IMG/VR virus record: IMGVR_UViG_3300050821_013430
Span: 408,750 to 472,749 of that record
Length of the DNA: 64,000 nucleotides
Strand: one strand, 5' to 3'
Shown: positions 1 through 8,928 of the stretch, one piece after another
Numbering within the stretch: position 1 is the stretch's first letter
How the letters are laid out: each line of letters opens with the position of its first letter
Notes under the pieces: model-generated
The model's input: only the letters and a program-made list of their open reading frames with translations
Databases searched by the model: none
What the model was told of the DNA's origin: nothing
Position numbers and translations under genes: made by a program

Positions 1-273
1 CGCGAACTTCTCTTCCCCCATCTCCCTCAACAGAGAGTCGATATCGATATTGATGGTAGGCCTCATCAAACAAGGCTTGGTTGGCTCCTCTTCCGCGAAT
101 TGCATCACCAACTCACCGAAGTCGGTCAAGGTGCGCGTGGTCGGAGGCTCCTCCGGAATCAGAGTGTCTCGGTCTTGGCTGGTGAGCCAACAGGTCTCGG
201 AGCAGTAGCCCGTTAGGCCCACCATATCTCCGGTCGCCTCACAGTCGATGTTCTTGCACACTTGTCGTCCCAT
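1..273 (-). CDS. hypothetical early protein, truncated by window edge
   Basis: ATG at 273 with GGAGGAG SD; open to position 1 (MGRQVCKNIDCEATG...). Confidence 0.7.
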   Translation of the reverse strand, partial: MGRQVCKNIDCEATGDMVGLTGYCSETCWLTSQDRDTLIPEEPPTTRTLTDFGELVMQFAEEEPTKPCLMRPTINIDIDSLLREMGEEKFA

Positions 274-288
274 TGTCTTCTCCTCCTT

Positions 289-393
289 TCAATGCAACAG
301 ATAGCCAACACCCCATCCCAGGTCATACCCCAGGAGAATCAGTCCTGCCCCAATCAACGCATAGAGAACCCAATTCGGAACCATCTTGTTCAT
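289..393 (-). CDS. 34-aa hydrophobic peptide
   Basis: AAGGAGG SD; MNKMVPNWVLYALIGAGLILLGYDLGWGVGYLLH. Confidence 0.5.
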   Translation of the reverse strand: MNKMVPNWVLYALIGAGLILLGYDLGWGVGYLLH

Positions 394-473
394 GCCATCC
401 TCCTTCATTGTTCGAGTCTACGCCGCTGCCCCCATGCACATACGCACATGAGGGCAGAAACGGAGAAGCGAAC

Positions 474-653
474 CTACTTCTTGCCGTGAACCACTTTCAG
501 GCTCACCAGAGCAAGGCCGGTGAAAAGGCAGAAGTACCAGGGAACTGCCATCTGATTGACGTGGAAGGCGGGCGAGGCGAGCGTGGACTGCCAGTAATGA
601 AAGGCGATGGCAGTCAGAGCAGCCGAAGCGACAAGTGCGAAGATCTTCTTCAT
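474..653 (-). CDS. 59-aa two-TM membrane protein, paralog of 9376..9558
   Basis: Hand translation MKKIFALVASAALTAIAFHYWQSTLASPAFHVNQMAVPWYFCLFTGLALVSLKVVHGKK; aligns with 9376..9558. Confidence 0.7.
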   Translation of the reverse strand: MKKIFALVASAALTAIAFHYWQSTLASPAFHVNQMAVPWYFCLFTGLALVSLKVVHGKK

Positions 654-736
654 TGGGCTATCCGTCTCTTTCTTTGGGTTGTGTTGAGTTGTTGATCCCT
701 AAGCGAGTTGAGTCCTAATCCCCCATAAGCAAGTCC

Positions 737-1090
737 CTACTTCCTCAATGCCCTTTCCGGCAAGGGAGGTGGTGAAGCCGCTTTCTTGTGCGATGCGCTG
801 CTCTTGCGCTTCGGCGGTTCCGTAGGAGCCGGAATCCGAATCACTTCCGGCTGAGGGTCTTTCCCAGCATCCCTCACTGGGACGTTGCCTACCATAGCCT
901 TGACCACCGTCCCACCATCGCCTACCCACGCCAGTTTCGCACCGTACAAGTGAAGGGCAAAGTTCGCCGAAGCGCGCTCCCACACTTGAACGACGGTATT
1001 GTCCACCAAAGTGAAGTCAATTCGGACTTGGTACTGATTGCCCCCTTTCGGGGGAACGCTGAATCCACGCGGAAGCGTGCTGATGTTCAT
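737..1090 (-). CDS. hypothetical protein
   Basis: AAGGAGAG SD, operon orientation. Confidence 0.65.
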   Translation of the reverse strand: MNISTLPRGFSVPPKGGNQYQVRIDFTLVDNTVVQVWERASANFALHLYGAKLAWVGDGGTVVKAMVGNVPVRDAGKDPQPEVIRIPAPTEPPKRKSSASHKKAASPPPLPERALRK

Positions 1091-1104
1091 GTCTCGACTC
1101 TCCT

Positions 1105-1310
1105 TTCAGGTTGATTGCCGTAAGTCTGGCCACATCGACGGGGCGAGAGCGCGGATGTGTGGGGAGGGGATCCACGCTTCCTGCGACGACCGGATGTAGC
1201 CAGGCTTACGAGAGCCAAACCCAAACCCGTAGAAACGCCGATACCCGGCTATCCGACAATCCAACGAAGGATCGGGATAGCCGGGTATGAACCGGCCCGT
1301 ATTCGGCGAA
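1105..1310 (-). ncRNA. structured intergenic RNA / 5' leader
   Basis: Stem 1120-1130/1199-1209 and perfect 14-bp stem 1241-1254/1275-1288. Confidence 0.5.
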
Positions 1311-1317
1311 TGTTCGG

Positions 1318-1773
1318 TTAGAACAGCCGCTTTTCGGCGTGGGCATCGAGGTCTCCCATCGCCTTTTCCGCGGAAGTACGCCTGGGGAAAGGCCCCCACG
1401 CGCGCTCACACGAACCGAGGTTGTCCGACGTCGGAGCCTTGTCCGTCTGAACGATTCCGTAATCACTTCCGTCGTACACGACGTAAGACGGGCCCTTCGG
1501 CAGAATGGGGTGCACTCGCGTCCCGTCCTCATTCAGAGCGGGCTTTCGACCGCGCGGCTTGTATTCGCCGGAATCCTCCGACGTCTCCTCACCATTCTCG
1601 ATCTTCTCCTTCATCGCCTCGAACTCCGAAACGAGATATCCGAGAACGCTGGCAACTGCCGGATCATTGGAATCCTCATTGGCTTCCGTGATCTTGGCAA
1701 TCACCATGTTCAGGACGTTCACCCGAGGACTCGTGCGCGTCTTGCGCTCACCAAACGACATCAGCTCTTCCAT
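1318..1773 (-). CDS. hypothetical protein with KPRGRKP (AT-hook-like) motif
   Basis: Start reassigned to ATG 1773 (GGAG SD). Confidence 0.65.
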   Translation of the reverse strand: MEELMSFGERKTRTSPRVNVLNMVIAKITEANEDSNDPAVASVLGYLVSEFEAMKEKIENGEETSEDSGEYKPRGRKPALNEDGTRVHPILPKGPSYVVYDGSDYGIVQTDKAPTSDNLGSCERAWGPFPRRTSAEKAMGDLDAHAEKRLF

Positions 1774-1784
1774 CGTACTTCTCC

Positions 1785-1975
1785 GTATGTTGGCTCCCAA
1801 TGTGGGAGCGGTTTCGACCAACGGCTGAGGCAACATGCCTTGACCGTCGCACCCATAACCTAAGCATTCCTTCGACATTGACAAGCCCAATGCTGACGAT
1901 TATGCCGATGGCACGATCTTTGCCGAACAATGAGCCTCCGATACTCCCGAAGGCTCAGGCTCAGCCGTAGGCCTA
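1785..1975 (-). ncRNA. structured intergenic RNA / 5' leader
   Basis: Closing stem 1821-1829/1960-1968; hairpins 1793-1809 and 1931-1957. Confidence 0.45.
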
Positions 1976-1992
1976 TGTCATCCTACCTTGCC

Positions 1993-2385
1993 TCACTCTT
2001 TCCCCTGCACCGCGTCAACCAGCACCTGCGTTCGCTTGGCACGCTTCTTGGCATCCCATTCCTTCCGGGCGACCAATGAGCAGGCATAGCACGCAGGTAC
2101 CTTGTAGAGACCTCGGAAAGGGACAAGGTGATAAGCGGAGCGATTAGGGCTCCCACACACTTTGCAGCATTGGGCAGGACAAGGCTCACACGGCATTGCC
2201 TCCGCTCGTGCCACCTTTTCCGCCTTGTCGCATTCCTGCCGATACAGCAGGATAGTCTGACTCAGTGTTGCCTGAGCCACCAGGTGCGCGTTCCTTTCCT
2301 CCGATGACCGCGACTTGTTCCCCAATTCCTTGTGCTGCTCGCGCAGGGCGCGGAGCCAATCGATCACTTGCTGGTCGTATCTCAC
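1993..2385 (-). CDS. hypothetical protein with CxxC motifs
   Basis: GTG start after AAGGAGG; CKVC...CYAC. Confidence 0.65.
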   Translation of the reverse strand: MRYDQQVIDWLRALREQHKELGNKSRSSEERNAHLVAQATLSQTILLYRQECDKAEKVARAEAMPCEPCPAQCCKVCGSPNRSAYHLVPFRGLYKVPACYACSLVARKEWDAKKRAKRTQVLVDAVQGKE

Positions 2386-2450
2386 CTTTGACCTCCTTTG
2401 CCTACACTGTGGTTTGACCGCTACGACCTCATCCCCTCACCTTGTCCTAC
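2383..2450 (-). repeat. repeated intergenic element, copy 1 (copy 2 at 11105-11172)
   Basis: tcctttgcctaca(c/g)tgtggttt 21/22 identical, plus flanking cacctttg and cacctt(g/a)tcctac. Confidence 0.75.
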
Positions 2451-2477
2451 ACTCACTTCATTCGTGAGGTCTTCGAC

Positions 2478-2960
2478 CTACACCTTCACCCATTCCACCG
2501 TGCTCTTCCAGAACGGCGGAAGTCTTCTCTCCTTCAATCGTCGGTGCATAGCATACACCGCGGCGGGAGGACACCCGTGGATATTCCGCTGGGCGCACTT
2601 CGCCACCTCCTCCATCGTCCCACATCGGAGGGTAATGATCTCCGGCTCCCACCCGAAGGCCAGTGAGGCTTGATAGTAAGGAGCGATCTCCCATGCCTCC
2701 GTATTGGTATTGCAGACCACGATCAAGGGAGGAGGAATATCCTTCCATGGACACGCCACCTGCTCGATGAACCTACGGAAGCAATCAGCGTGCGCCTGTT
2801 CCAACTTGGACGGATCGAACTTGTAGTAGCCATCCGACATGGTGAAGAACTGATCGGCGCTGATTAGCGCCTTATGTCCGCTCGGCATAGGGAGACTATG
2901 TGCGTAGGTATCCTTCCCACTCCCAGGAATACCACTCATGATCACCACTCGCTTGCTCAT
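2478..2960 (-). CDS. AAA_33 P-loop protein (polynucleotide kinase / N4BP2-like)
   Basis: Walker A GIPGSGKD; SADQFF, LEQAHADC and NTNTEAWEIAPY motifs. Confidence 0.85.
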   Translation of the reverse strand: MSKRVVIMSGIPGSGKDTYAHSLPMPSGHKALISADQFFTMSDGYYKFDPSKLEQAHADCFRRFIEQVACPWKDIPPPLIVVCNTNTEAWEIAPYYQASLAFGWEPEIITLRCGTMEEVAKCAQRNIHGCPPAAVYAMHRRLKERRLPPFWKSTVEWVKV

Positions 2961-3199
2961 TGTTTCACCTCCACCAACCGATACAACTTCTTGGTATCCG
3001 TGTCGTAGAGCAGCACCTCTCCGCCCACATCCTCTGCATCCGCATACACCACATTGGGGCCATGTAGGTATTGGGCTAAGTAGGCGGAATCATACTTCCA
3101 GGCAGAGGAAAGCGGGCCCCATTGAAGATCGCTATTCAGAAACTGATTCAGATGTTTGGGATGCCGAATCACCAGAGCCAGATCGTCGATGTATCTCAT
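2957..3199 (-). CDS. hypothetical protein containing a 32-bp repeat
   Basis: Overlapping stop/start coupling with both neighbours. Confidence 0.6.
   Translation of the reverse strand: MRYIDDLALVIRHPKHLNQFLNSDLQWGPLSSAWKYDSAYLAQYLHGPNVVYADAEDVGGEVLLYDTDTKKLYRLVEVKQ
3062..3093 (+). repeat. 32-bp exact direct repeat, copy 1 (copy 2 at 14821-14852)
   Basis: atgtaggtattgggctaagtaggcggaatcat at both sites. Confidence 0.95.
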
Positions 3200-3507
3200 A
3201 CCCCCACCCTCTTCCTGTCCATCGCCACCGTGTGCATCACTCGCACCGTCTCGTACATCGAGGCTCCGGTGCGCTTGCTGTATGCCTTATAGGCATCCAA
3301 CTTGCTCTTGCCCGCAAACCAGGCACGAAACTCCTCGGGGAGAGGGGTCGCGAATTGACCCTTGGCCACCTTGGTATCCACCCTCAGGTGAATCTCATCC
3401 TCCACCATCCCTTTCAGGGAAACCAATTCCTCGTCGCTGAGACTCTTGACCACTTTCAGGGCCTTGTCTTCCTTCATCCCACTCTTCGGAGATTCCTTGG
3501 TAGTCAT
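3196..3507 (-). CDS. hypothetical protein
   Basis: AAGGAGG SD before MTTKES. Confidence 0.65.
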   Translation of the reverse strand: MTTKESPKSGMKEDKALKVVKSLSDEELVSLKGMVEDEIHLRVDTKVAKGQFATPLPEEFRAWFAGKSKLDAYKAYSKRTGASMYETVRVMHTVAMDRKRVGV

Positions 3508-3689
3508 CACATATCCTCCTTTGAGGGCAGTCGATACACTTTGGGCGTATCGTGATAGCAGCCTTCGCACACATCCCCAACGTACATGATCTTGTGGCCA
3601 GAAGTGGGCTGTTGGCAAGCGACAAGACCATCGACCCCGCCCTTGTTATGGTCTTGTTTGCAATGCAGACTCTCACAGTAGCAGGTCAT
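3507..3689 (-). CDS. small Cys-rich protein
   Basis: GGAGG SD, coupled to next gene. Confidence 0.55.
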   Translation of the reverse strand: MTCYCESLHCKQDHNKGGVDGLVACQQPTSGHKIMYVGDVCEGCYHDTPKVYRLPSKEDM

Positions 3690-3690
3690 C

Positions 3691-3993
3691 TCACACCTCC
3701 CATTCCGGGATCGTCCCGCCTGACATCACCGCCACACACCAGGAGTAGGCCTTGCTGAAAACTCCGTGTCCCTCGCACAAGGTGAGAGAGGCGATCTTGC
3801 TTGCCCACATCACGGAGATCGGATGACGGTTGAGGGCGGTGGTATTGAACTTGTCCCCCATCGACTCTTCCAACAGGGCTCGCAGGCGCGTAATATCCCG
3901 GGAAAAGGAATGCACCACTCCACTCAAATTGCAGGCGTTCTGAGAGGTGAACACATCCTCCGCCAAATCCTTCATGGTACGATTGTCGTCCAT
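3691..3993 (-). CDS. hypothetical protein
   Basis: GGGAG SD, operon tiling. Confidence 0.65.
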   Translation of the reverse strand: MDDNRTMKDLAEDVFTSQNACNLSGVVHSFSRDITRLRALLEESMGDKFNTTALNRHPISVMWASKIASLTLCEGHGVFSKAYSWCVAVMSGGTIPEWEV

Positions 3994-4114
3994 TGTCGTT
4001 CTCCCTTACTGTCGCTTGTCGAAGTAATCGGCAATCTCCGGGAGCAGGGCCATCGCCAATGCGAAACCCGACGCCACGCCCACAACGATGAGAGCAACTA
4101 CATGAGCAGCCATA

Positions 4115-4369
4115 TCACACCTCCTCGAATTGAACGGGGTTTTGACGGTCTTGGAGTTTCCAAGCCTTGACGCAGAGAGCCACGGCAGCGCCCAAGAAAG
4201 AGAACGCGGTGATGAACAAGACCACAGCCAGGGAGAAGTGCGCAGGGAAGGTCATATAGCCCACACCCAGCGCAACGCATCCGGTCAGTTTGCCCATTAC
4301 CAAGGCGCCGATAGCGAACCGATTGGTACGGATCACCTCGGGAGAAGGGGGAACTACTTGGTAGTACAT
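4115..4369 (-). CDS. small membrane protein
   Basis: Start at MYYQVV; two hydrophobic segments. Confidence 0.55.
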   Translation of the reverse strand: MYYQVVPPSPEVIRTNRFAIGALVMGKLTGCVALGVGYMTFPAHFSLAVVLFITAFSFLGAAVALCVKAWKLQDRQNPVQFEEV

Positions 4370-4522
4370 GGTGAGACTTCCTTTCCTCAGGAACACAGCC
4401 AGGAAACCAGGCCCAATACCCCGGAACCGATCACCAGTCCAATCCCAATCAGGATCAGAATCCAGGCACCGAAGTAGGCGAGGCGGAACCAACTCACATG
4501 ATGCTTATACACGCCCACCATC

Positions 4523-4786
4523 CTACTTCCCCTTACTCTCGAAGACGATAGGGGCCGGGATGCAATACTGAATCGCCCCATCGCACACCCACCCGTCCTT
4601 ACAAACGGAATCATTGGCGCAGGCGGTAGGAGGAGGCTCCGCCATCGCTTCCACCAGAACCTGAGAAATGGCCAGGTCATGCCGAAGGCGCAGGTCATCC
4701 AACACCACCAGCCCCAAACTCAGAGAGCCGAGGAAGGAGGCGAGGATCACCCACTTGTACTCATACATACGCTGATAGAGGTTCAT
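4523..4786 (-). CDS. membrane-anchored Cys-rich protein
   Basis: GGAGAGG SD; N-terminal TM; CANDSVCKDGWVC. Confidence 0.55.
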   Translation of the reverse strand: MNLYQRMYEYKWVILASFLGSLSLGLVVLDDLRLRHDLAISQVLVEAMAEPPPTACANDSVCKDGWVCDGAIQYCIPAPIVFESKGK

Positions 4787-4787
4787 G

Positions 4788-5075
4788 TCAGACCTCTCCC
4801 AAGATGTCGAAGATGTTGGCCGTAGGAACCACCGGAGCGGCGGGGGTGGGATGCTTGGCGTTGAGAGACTCCCAGCGGTTGAACTGCCCACGCACGATGA
4901 CATTGCCGTTCTGATGCTTCAAAGTCTGCGCATTCCCCATCTCGGAGAACTTGGGCGGGGAAGCGGCACGATCCTGCGACACCGTGCCACGATTGTTGGA
5001 TCGATTGTGGCGACGGAATCCCGACTTGCTCGCCTTGTTTTCCGACTTGTCCGCACTCTTGTTCTGCTTGGCCAT
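4788..5075 (-). CDS. basic low-complexity protein
   Basis: GGGAG SD before ATG 5075. Confidence 0.6.
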   Translation of the reverse strand: MAKQNKSADKSENKASKSGFRRHNRSNNRGTVSQDRAASPPKFSEMGNAQTLKHQNGNVIVRGQFNRWESLNAKHPTPAAPVVPTANIFDILGEV

Positions 5076-5204
5076 GGTAGTATCTCCCTATGCGTTGATT
5101 GGTTGAATTACCTGCGATTGACTGCGAACGATTTCGCTCGGAATCAAACGCAGAGAATTAGAACCCAGGACGGAGCGGATATAGGTGTAGGTAAGGAGTT
5201 CAAC

Positions 5205-5885
5205 ATGAAGAGTATCGAACGAGAAAAGGCACGGGTTATGCGACAAGAAGGACAGAGTGTTAGGGACATTGCTAAGGCGTTAGGGGTCGCCAGAAGTAGT
5301 GTCTCTGTATGGGTGAGGGATGTTGTACTTACTCAGGCGCAGATAGATGCGCTAACGACGCGCAATCCTATCTACGATAGGCAGCACAAGGGCGCGAAAG
5401 GAAGACAGCGATTAGCCAGGGAAGCACGCATTGAAGCCAGAAAAAACGGACACGAGGTAGCAAAACGAAAGGAATATCTGCACGCATTGGGATGTGGTCT
5501 GTACTGGGGCGAAGGAGCAAAGGATAGGGTAAGCTGTCAATTAGCCAACAGCGACCCATACTTACTGAAAGTATGGCTTCAATTCCTACATCAGTATTTC
5601 CCTGATGTGAAAACGACCCTGATCATCCATTGCTACACTGGCAACGGTCTATCAGTTGAGGAGATAGAGAATTACTGGTCTGACACCCTCGGTATTCCTA
5701 AGGGCGATTTCAGGAAGACAAGAGTGAATCCAATAAGTAGAGCGAGCCTACACAAGAAGCCACAGAACACGCTTCTCTACGGTACAGCACATATCACTGC
5801 TAAGAAAGGGATGCGAATAGTTCAACACATCTTCGGGGCCATTGAGGAATATGGTGGCTTCTCTACTGAGTTTGGGTTGGACTAA
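5205..5885 (+). CDS. HTH + LAGLIDADG-like putative homing endonuclease
   Basis: AAGGAG SD then ATG 5205; HTH (SVRDIAKALGVARSSVSVWV); GLYWGEG and NSDP...YWS motifs; opposite strand to neighbours. Confidence 0.7.
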   Translation: MKSIEREKARVMRQEGQSVRDIAKALGVARSSVSVWVRDVVLTQAQIDALTTRNPIYDRQHKGAKGRQRLAREARIEARKNGHEVAKRKEYLHALGCGLYWGEGAKDRVSCQLANSDPYLLKVWLQFLHQYFPDVKTTLIIHCYTGNGLSVEEIENYWSDTLGIPKGDFRKTRVNPISRASLHKKPQNTLLYGTAHITAKKGMRIVQHIFGAIEEYGGFSTEFGLD

Positions 5886-5891
5886 CTACAC

Positions 5892-5969
5892 TGGCGTCCC
5901 CATCCGGGCTCGAACCGGAACCAACAGATTGAAAGTCTGTCCGCCTAACCAGTTAGCAGATATGGGGAC
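5892..5969 (-). tRNA. tRNA-Glu (TTC) with encoded CCA
   Basis: Acceptor GTCCCCA/TGGGGAC+GCCA; anticodon arm ACAGA-CTTTCAA-TCTGT; T-loop GGTTCGAGCC. Confidence 0.93.
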
Positions 5970-5979
5970 ATACACTACT

Positions 5980-6360
5980 CTACTGCGGCACCAACTTCTT
6001 GATCATGTACTTGACCAAATCCCGATCAAAAGGCCACTCCTGTGTGGGAATCTTGGCAGCAGTCAGCCATGACCGAATGATGGCCGCGCCTTTCCCACCC
6101 CAACTATGGCTCACTGCTTGTGCGGGATAGTAGGATGGATCGAGTTCATTCACGATGAACTTCGCCACATCCTCCCCACTCCCATCTACGCCCAGGTCGT
6201 GATCCAACATCAGCAGACCGATCCGAACCGTCCCGGCTTGCAGAATCTCCTTCCCCTCATCGCAGGAGAAGGCATGCAAGACCACATGCCCCGCCGCGGT
6301 AAAGAGGTCTTCCGCCATGTCGTGCCGTGTCTGGTCATCATCCACGATCAGGATGTTCAT
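5980..6360 (-). CDS. cyclic-phosphate-processing receiver (cREC)-like domain protein
   Basis: ILIVDDD..R, LDHDLG and HSW..G motifs; start ATG 6360. Confidence 0.75.
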   Translation of the reverse strand: MNILIVDDDQTRHDMAEDLFTAAGHVVLHAFSCDEGKEILQAGTVRIGLLMLDHDLGVDGSGEDVAKFIVNELDPSYYPAQAVSHSWGGKGAAIIRSWLTAAKIPTQEWPFDRDLVKYMIKKLVPQ

Positions 6361-6361
6361 C

Positions 6362-6556
6362 TCACACCTCCTTCCCTTCCGGTTCCAGAAAGAACGCGTT
6401 GATGCGGCTCTCCTCCGTTTCCCCATCCCAGACCACATAGACCAACATGCCCCAAGTACGCTTACACACGCCCACCTTGACGTGCCACTCAGACTTGTTC
6501 TGAGCGGCGGAATGTCCCTGCACCCGATCTCCTGCCTTGACTGCGAAGAACGCCAT
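6362..6556 (-). CDS. small SH3/KOW-like protein
   Basis: KAGDRV...VYVVWDG pattern. Confidence 0.55.
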   Translation of the reverse strand: MAFFAVKAGDRVQGHSAAQNKSEWHVKVGVCKRTWGMLVYVVWDGETEESRINAFFLEPEGKEV

Positions 6557-6801
6557 TACCCCACCTCTCCTTTCAAGTCCTTCTCCATGTAGAAGTCCAG
6601 ATACCCATTGTCGAAGAGTACGACATAGGGGTACTTGTCCGCCCGGTACAGCCCCTCCCGATTCTCATTCAGGCGAATCACCTCGCCCGGCCCATGTCCG
6701 TCCGGATAGACTCCGAAGACATGCGCCACCCGATCCCCCACCTTGAACTTCAATTCCGCCGTTTTGGGCACATTGCCTCTCGGCATCTGATATTGACTCA
6801 T
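6556..6801 (-). CDS. small SH3-like protein
   Basis: KFKVGDRVAH...GEV...PYVVLFD. Confidence 0.6.
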   Translation of the reverse strand: MSQYQMPRGNVPKTAELKFKVGDRVAHVFGVYPDGHGPGEVIRLNENREGLYRADKYPYVVLFDNGYLDFYMEKDLKGEVG

Positions 6802-6942
6802 CTCATCCTCCCAGCAGTGCATACACTGCGGTGAAACTGGCTACACAGATGTACATCGCCCGAAGAAGAGTGTCGGTAATGTCAATGTCATCCATTGTCC
6901 TACCTCTTCTTGGGTTGGGGTTCGTCGAAGTGTAATCCTTGC

Positions 6943-7137
6943 TCATGACTTCTCCCTCATCGGAGGCGCACTCCGGTAGATGTATGTAGTTGAGGCCAGG
7001 ATGGCCCGTTCTCGTTCCTTCTGCCACCGGCCCCTCAGTGTCCGGTAATAGGCCCTCCCATCGAGGAACATACTTCGGCCCATGTAAAGCGACAGAACCG
7101 ACCAGATGGCAGCAGCAATGCATGAGATGATGTACAT
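6943..7137 (-). CDS. small membrane protein
   Basis: GGAGG SD; hydrophobic N-terminus. Confidence 0.5.
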   Translation of the reverse strand: MYIISCIAAAIWSVLSLYMGRSMFLDGRAYYRTLRGRWQKERERAILASTTYIYRSAPPMREKS

Positions 7138-7139
7138 GC

Positions 7140-7511
7140 TCACACCACCTCCCATCCCTGAGGATGCGTGGGATGGTAGTTGCAGGGGGTAGGAGCCCCA
7201 CACTTGTCGCAGGTGTGGGATTGGCAGGAAGCACGGAAGAACTCCATCTCTCGCTCCCTATCCGAGGTCTGCCCCTTGGTGGGCTGAGGTGGGAGACTGG
7301 GCACTTTCCGCTCCAAGTGTCGGGGGAGGGAGGGTTGGGTGTCGGGACAGGCCTCGTCGACTTCCACGAAACGGTCTGCGGAGTAGGGCGCATATTCGCC
7401 ACGATTGTCCTCCACTTCCAGCCATCCGGGCGAATAGGTGATAGCCCGATACTCTCTCCCCACCGTTAGCGCCCCTTCCTGCTTGGCGTTATTGACGCAC
7501 TTGACCTTCAT
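7140..7511 (-). CDS. hypothetical protein
   Basis: GAGG SD; MKVKCVNN...LTVGREY; C-terminal CDKC. Confidence 0.6.
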   Translation of the reverse strand: MKVKCVNNAKQEGALTVGREYRAITYSPGWLEVEDNRGEYAPYSADRFVEVDEACPDTQPSLPRHLERKVPSLPPQPTKGQTSDREREMEFFRASCQSHTCDKCGAPTPCNYHPTHPQGWEVV

Positions 7512-7527
7512 TGTCCCACCTCTCCCT

Positions 7528-8118
7528 TCAATCGTCTTTGCAGAAGCCGTTGTTCTCATGGCGCAGGTTGGCATACTGCACCACATCCACGCACATGACA
7601 TGAGGGGCTGCCTTCTGGTATTCAGGGAACATCAATGACACACCCGGTACGAAGGTGTGTTGAAGGCCTAACCCATGTCCCACTTCGTGCTGAGTGATGC
7701 CACTGAAACCTACAGCATCAATCCCATTCGCCTCCTCATCCGCCTCATCCCCAGGGACGAACACCCTCGCCCATTCGTGCCCCATGTGATCTGTCCAGTG
7801 ATAGGTGGTACCCACTGCGTTAGGGTCTCCGGAGAGGCGCCGAATCTCCTCCACGCTCTCACTGGTAATGGAGAAGGCGTTGTCGCAGGACTCATCGCAC
7901 ATCCGCTCCTCAATCACCACATCGAAGGACAGCCCCACATTGGCAGCCTTGGACTCCCACTCATCCAGACTTTCGAGCACCATCTGCATGTGGGGTGGGT
8001 CGAAGTGGGGGCTGATGTAGACGGTGTAGTGCGAAGGAGGATTGGCGCAGGCGGTGCCGAAGACGGATGCGGCGAACATCCCCAGCAAACCACCCACACC
8101 TAATTCCAGGGTTTTCAT
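7528..8118 (-). CDS. matrixin-like zinc metalloprotease, putative lipoprotein
   Basis: HEVGHGLGLQH plus Met-turn (SLMFP); signal peptide ending GTAC. Confidence 0.85.
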   Translation of the reverse strand: MKTLELGVGGLLGMFAASVFGTACANPPSHYTVYISPHFDPPHMQMVLESLDEWESKAANVGLSFDVVIEERMCDESCDNAFSITSESVEEIRRLSGDPNAVGTTYHWTDHMGHEWARVFVPGDEADEEANGIDAVGFSGITQHEVGHGLGLQHTFVPGVSLMFPEYQKAAPHVMCVDVVQYANLRHENNGFCKDD

Positions 8119-8480
8119 CGACCTACCTCCTGGTACAGACCCACACTCAGTCTCCCAAACTCCCCCACCGCGCACATCTGGTGATAAAGGGCGAGGGCGT
8201 CATCCACTGTTGGGCACTTCTCCAAGACACCTTTGGTGCCTGTAAGGAGATCAATGCCTCGAACGCACCACCGACCTTCTGGTAAGTGTCTGTATGCCCA
8301 CTTGCGCGGACAGAGGAACCGTAGGCTCTCCTTCACCTTTCCGTTCAACTCCTCCGATGTCTCACCCTCTACCACTTGGAACAACTGTATCCAACGGTAG
8401 TCGTTGTGGGATTGCAGGGCTTCCACACTCTCGTATGGGAGACTTACCTGCTTGTCCCTGAAAACAGCCACGAATCTCAC
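8115..8480 (-). CDS. hypothetical protein
   Basis: Coupled overlaps at both ends. Confidence 0.55.
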   Translation of the reverse strand: MRFVAVFRDKQVSLPYESVEALQSHNDYRWIQLFQVVEGETSEELNGKVKESLRFLCPRKWAYRHLPEGRWCVRGIDLLTGTKGVLEKCPTVDDALALYHQMCAVGEFGRLSVGLYQEVGR

Positions 8481-8725
8481 GGACTGCTCTTCTGGTCATA
8501 GGCCAGTTGCAGATTGAGCCAGAAGGCGACAGTAGAGCCTAACACCTTACTCAGGCGCTCGGCGATGTCGGGTGTGATGCTTGCTCGCTCATCCAGTAGC
8601 GCAACGATGGTGTAGGGAGGGATACCCGTTTGCCCCGCCAATTCCATTGCGCTCATGGTGAGAGGTTTGAGGTACTCCTCACGGATGACCTCACCAGGAT
8701 GGATTCGTCGCATACCGTTCTTCAT
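8477..8725 (-). CDS. higA: HigA-family antitoxin (XRE HTH), orphan
   Basis: IHPGEVIREEYL...SITPDIAERLSKVLG...FWLNLQ..YD signature. Confidence 0.88.
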   Translation of the reverse strand: MKNGMRRIHPGEVIREEYLKPLTMSAMELAGQTGIPPYTIVALLDERASITPDIAERLSKVLGSTVAFWLNLQLAYDQKSSP

Positions 8726-8928
8726 TGTCCTACCTTCAATTCCTTTTCGATCTCTCCGAAGTCCCTGTCGTACTCTTCCCACGCCAGTACGATACCGTGG
8801 GAGGTGTTAGTCCAGCGCTTACCATTGAAGTCCAGGTAGGTGCCGGTGTTCTGATAATCGACCACCATTCGCGCCAACATCCGCTTGGAACGCAGCATGG
8901 TGGGGATGGGATCACATCCGGTGTACAT
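8722..8928 (-). CDS. hypothetical protein
   Basis: Coupled to higA; no HigB/RelE motif seen. Confidence 0.55.
   Translation of the reverse strand: MYTGCDPIPTMLRSKRMLARMVVDYQNTGTYLDFNGKRWTNTSHGIVLAWEEYDRDFGEIEKELKVGQ

Noticed and set aside
4785-5204. N-terminal 140 aa of ORF 4785..5885
   Set aside because: Antisense to gene 4788..5075; a strong SD marks the real start at 5205.
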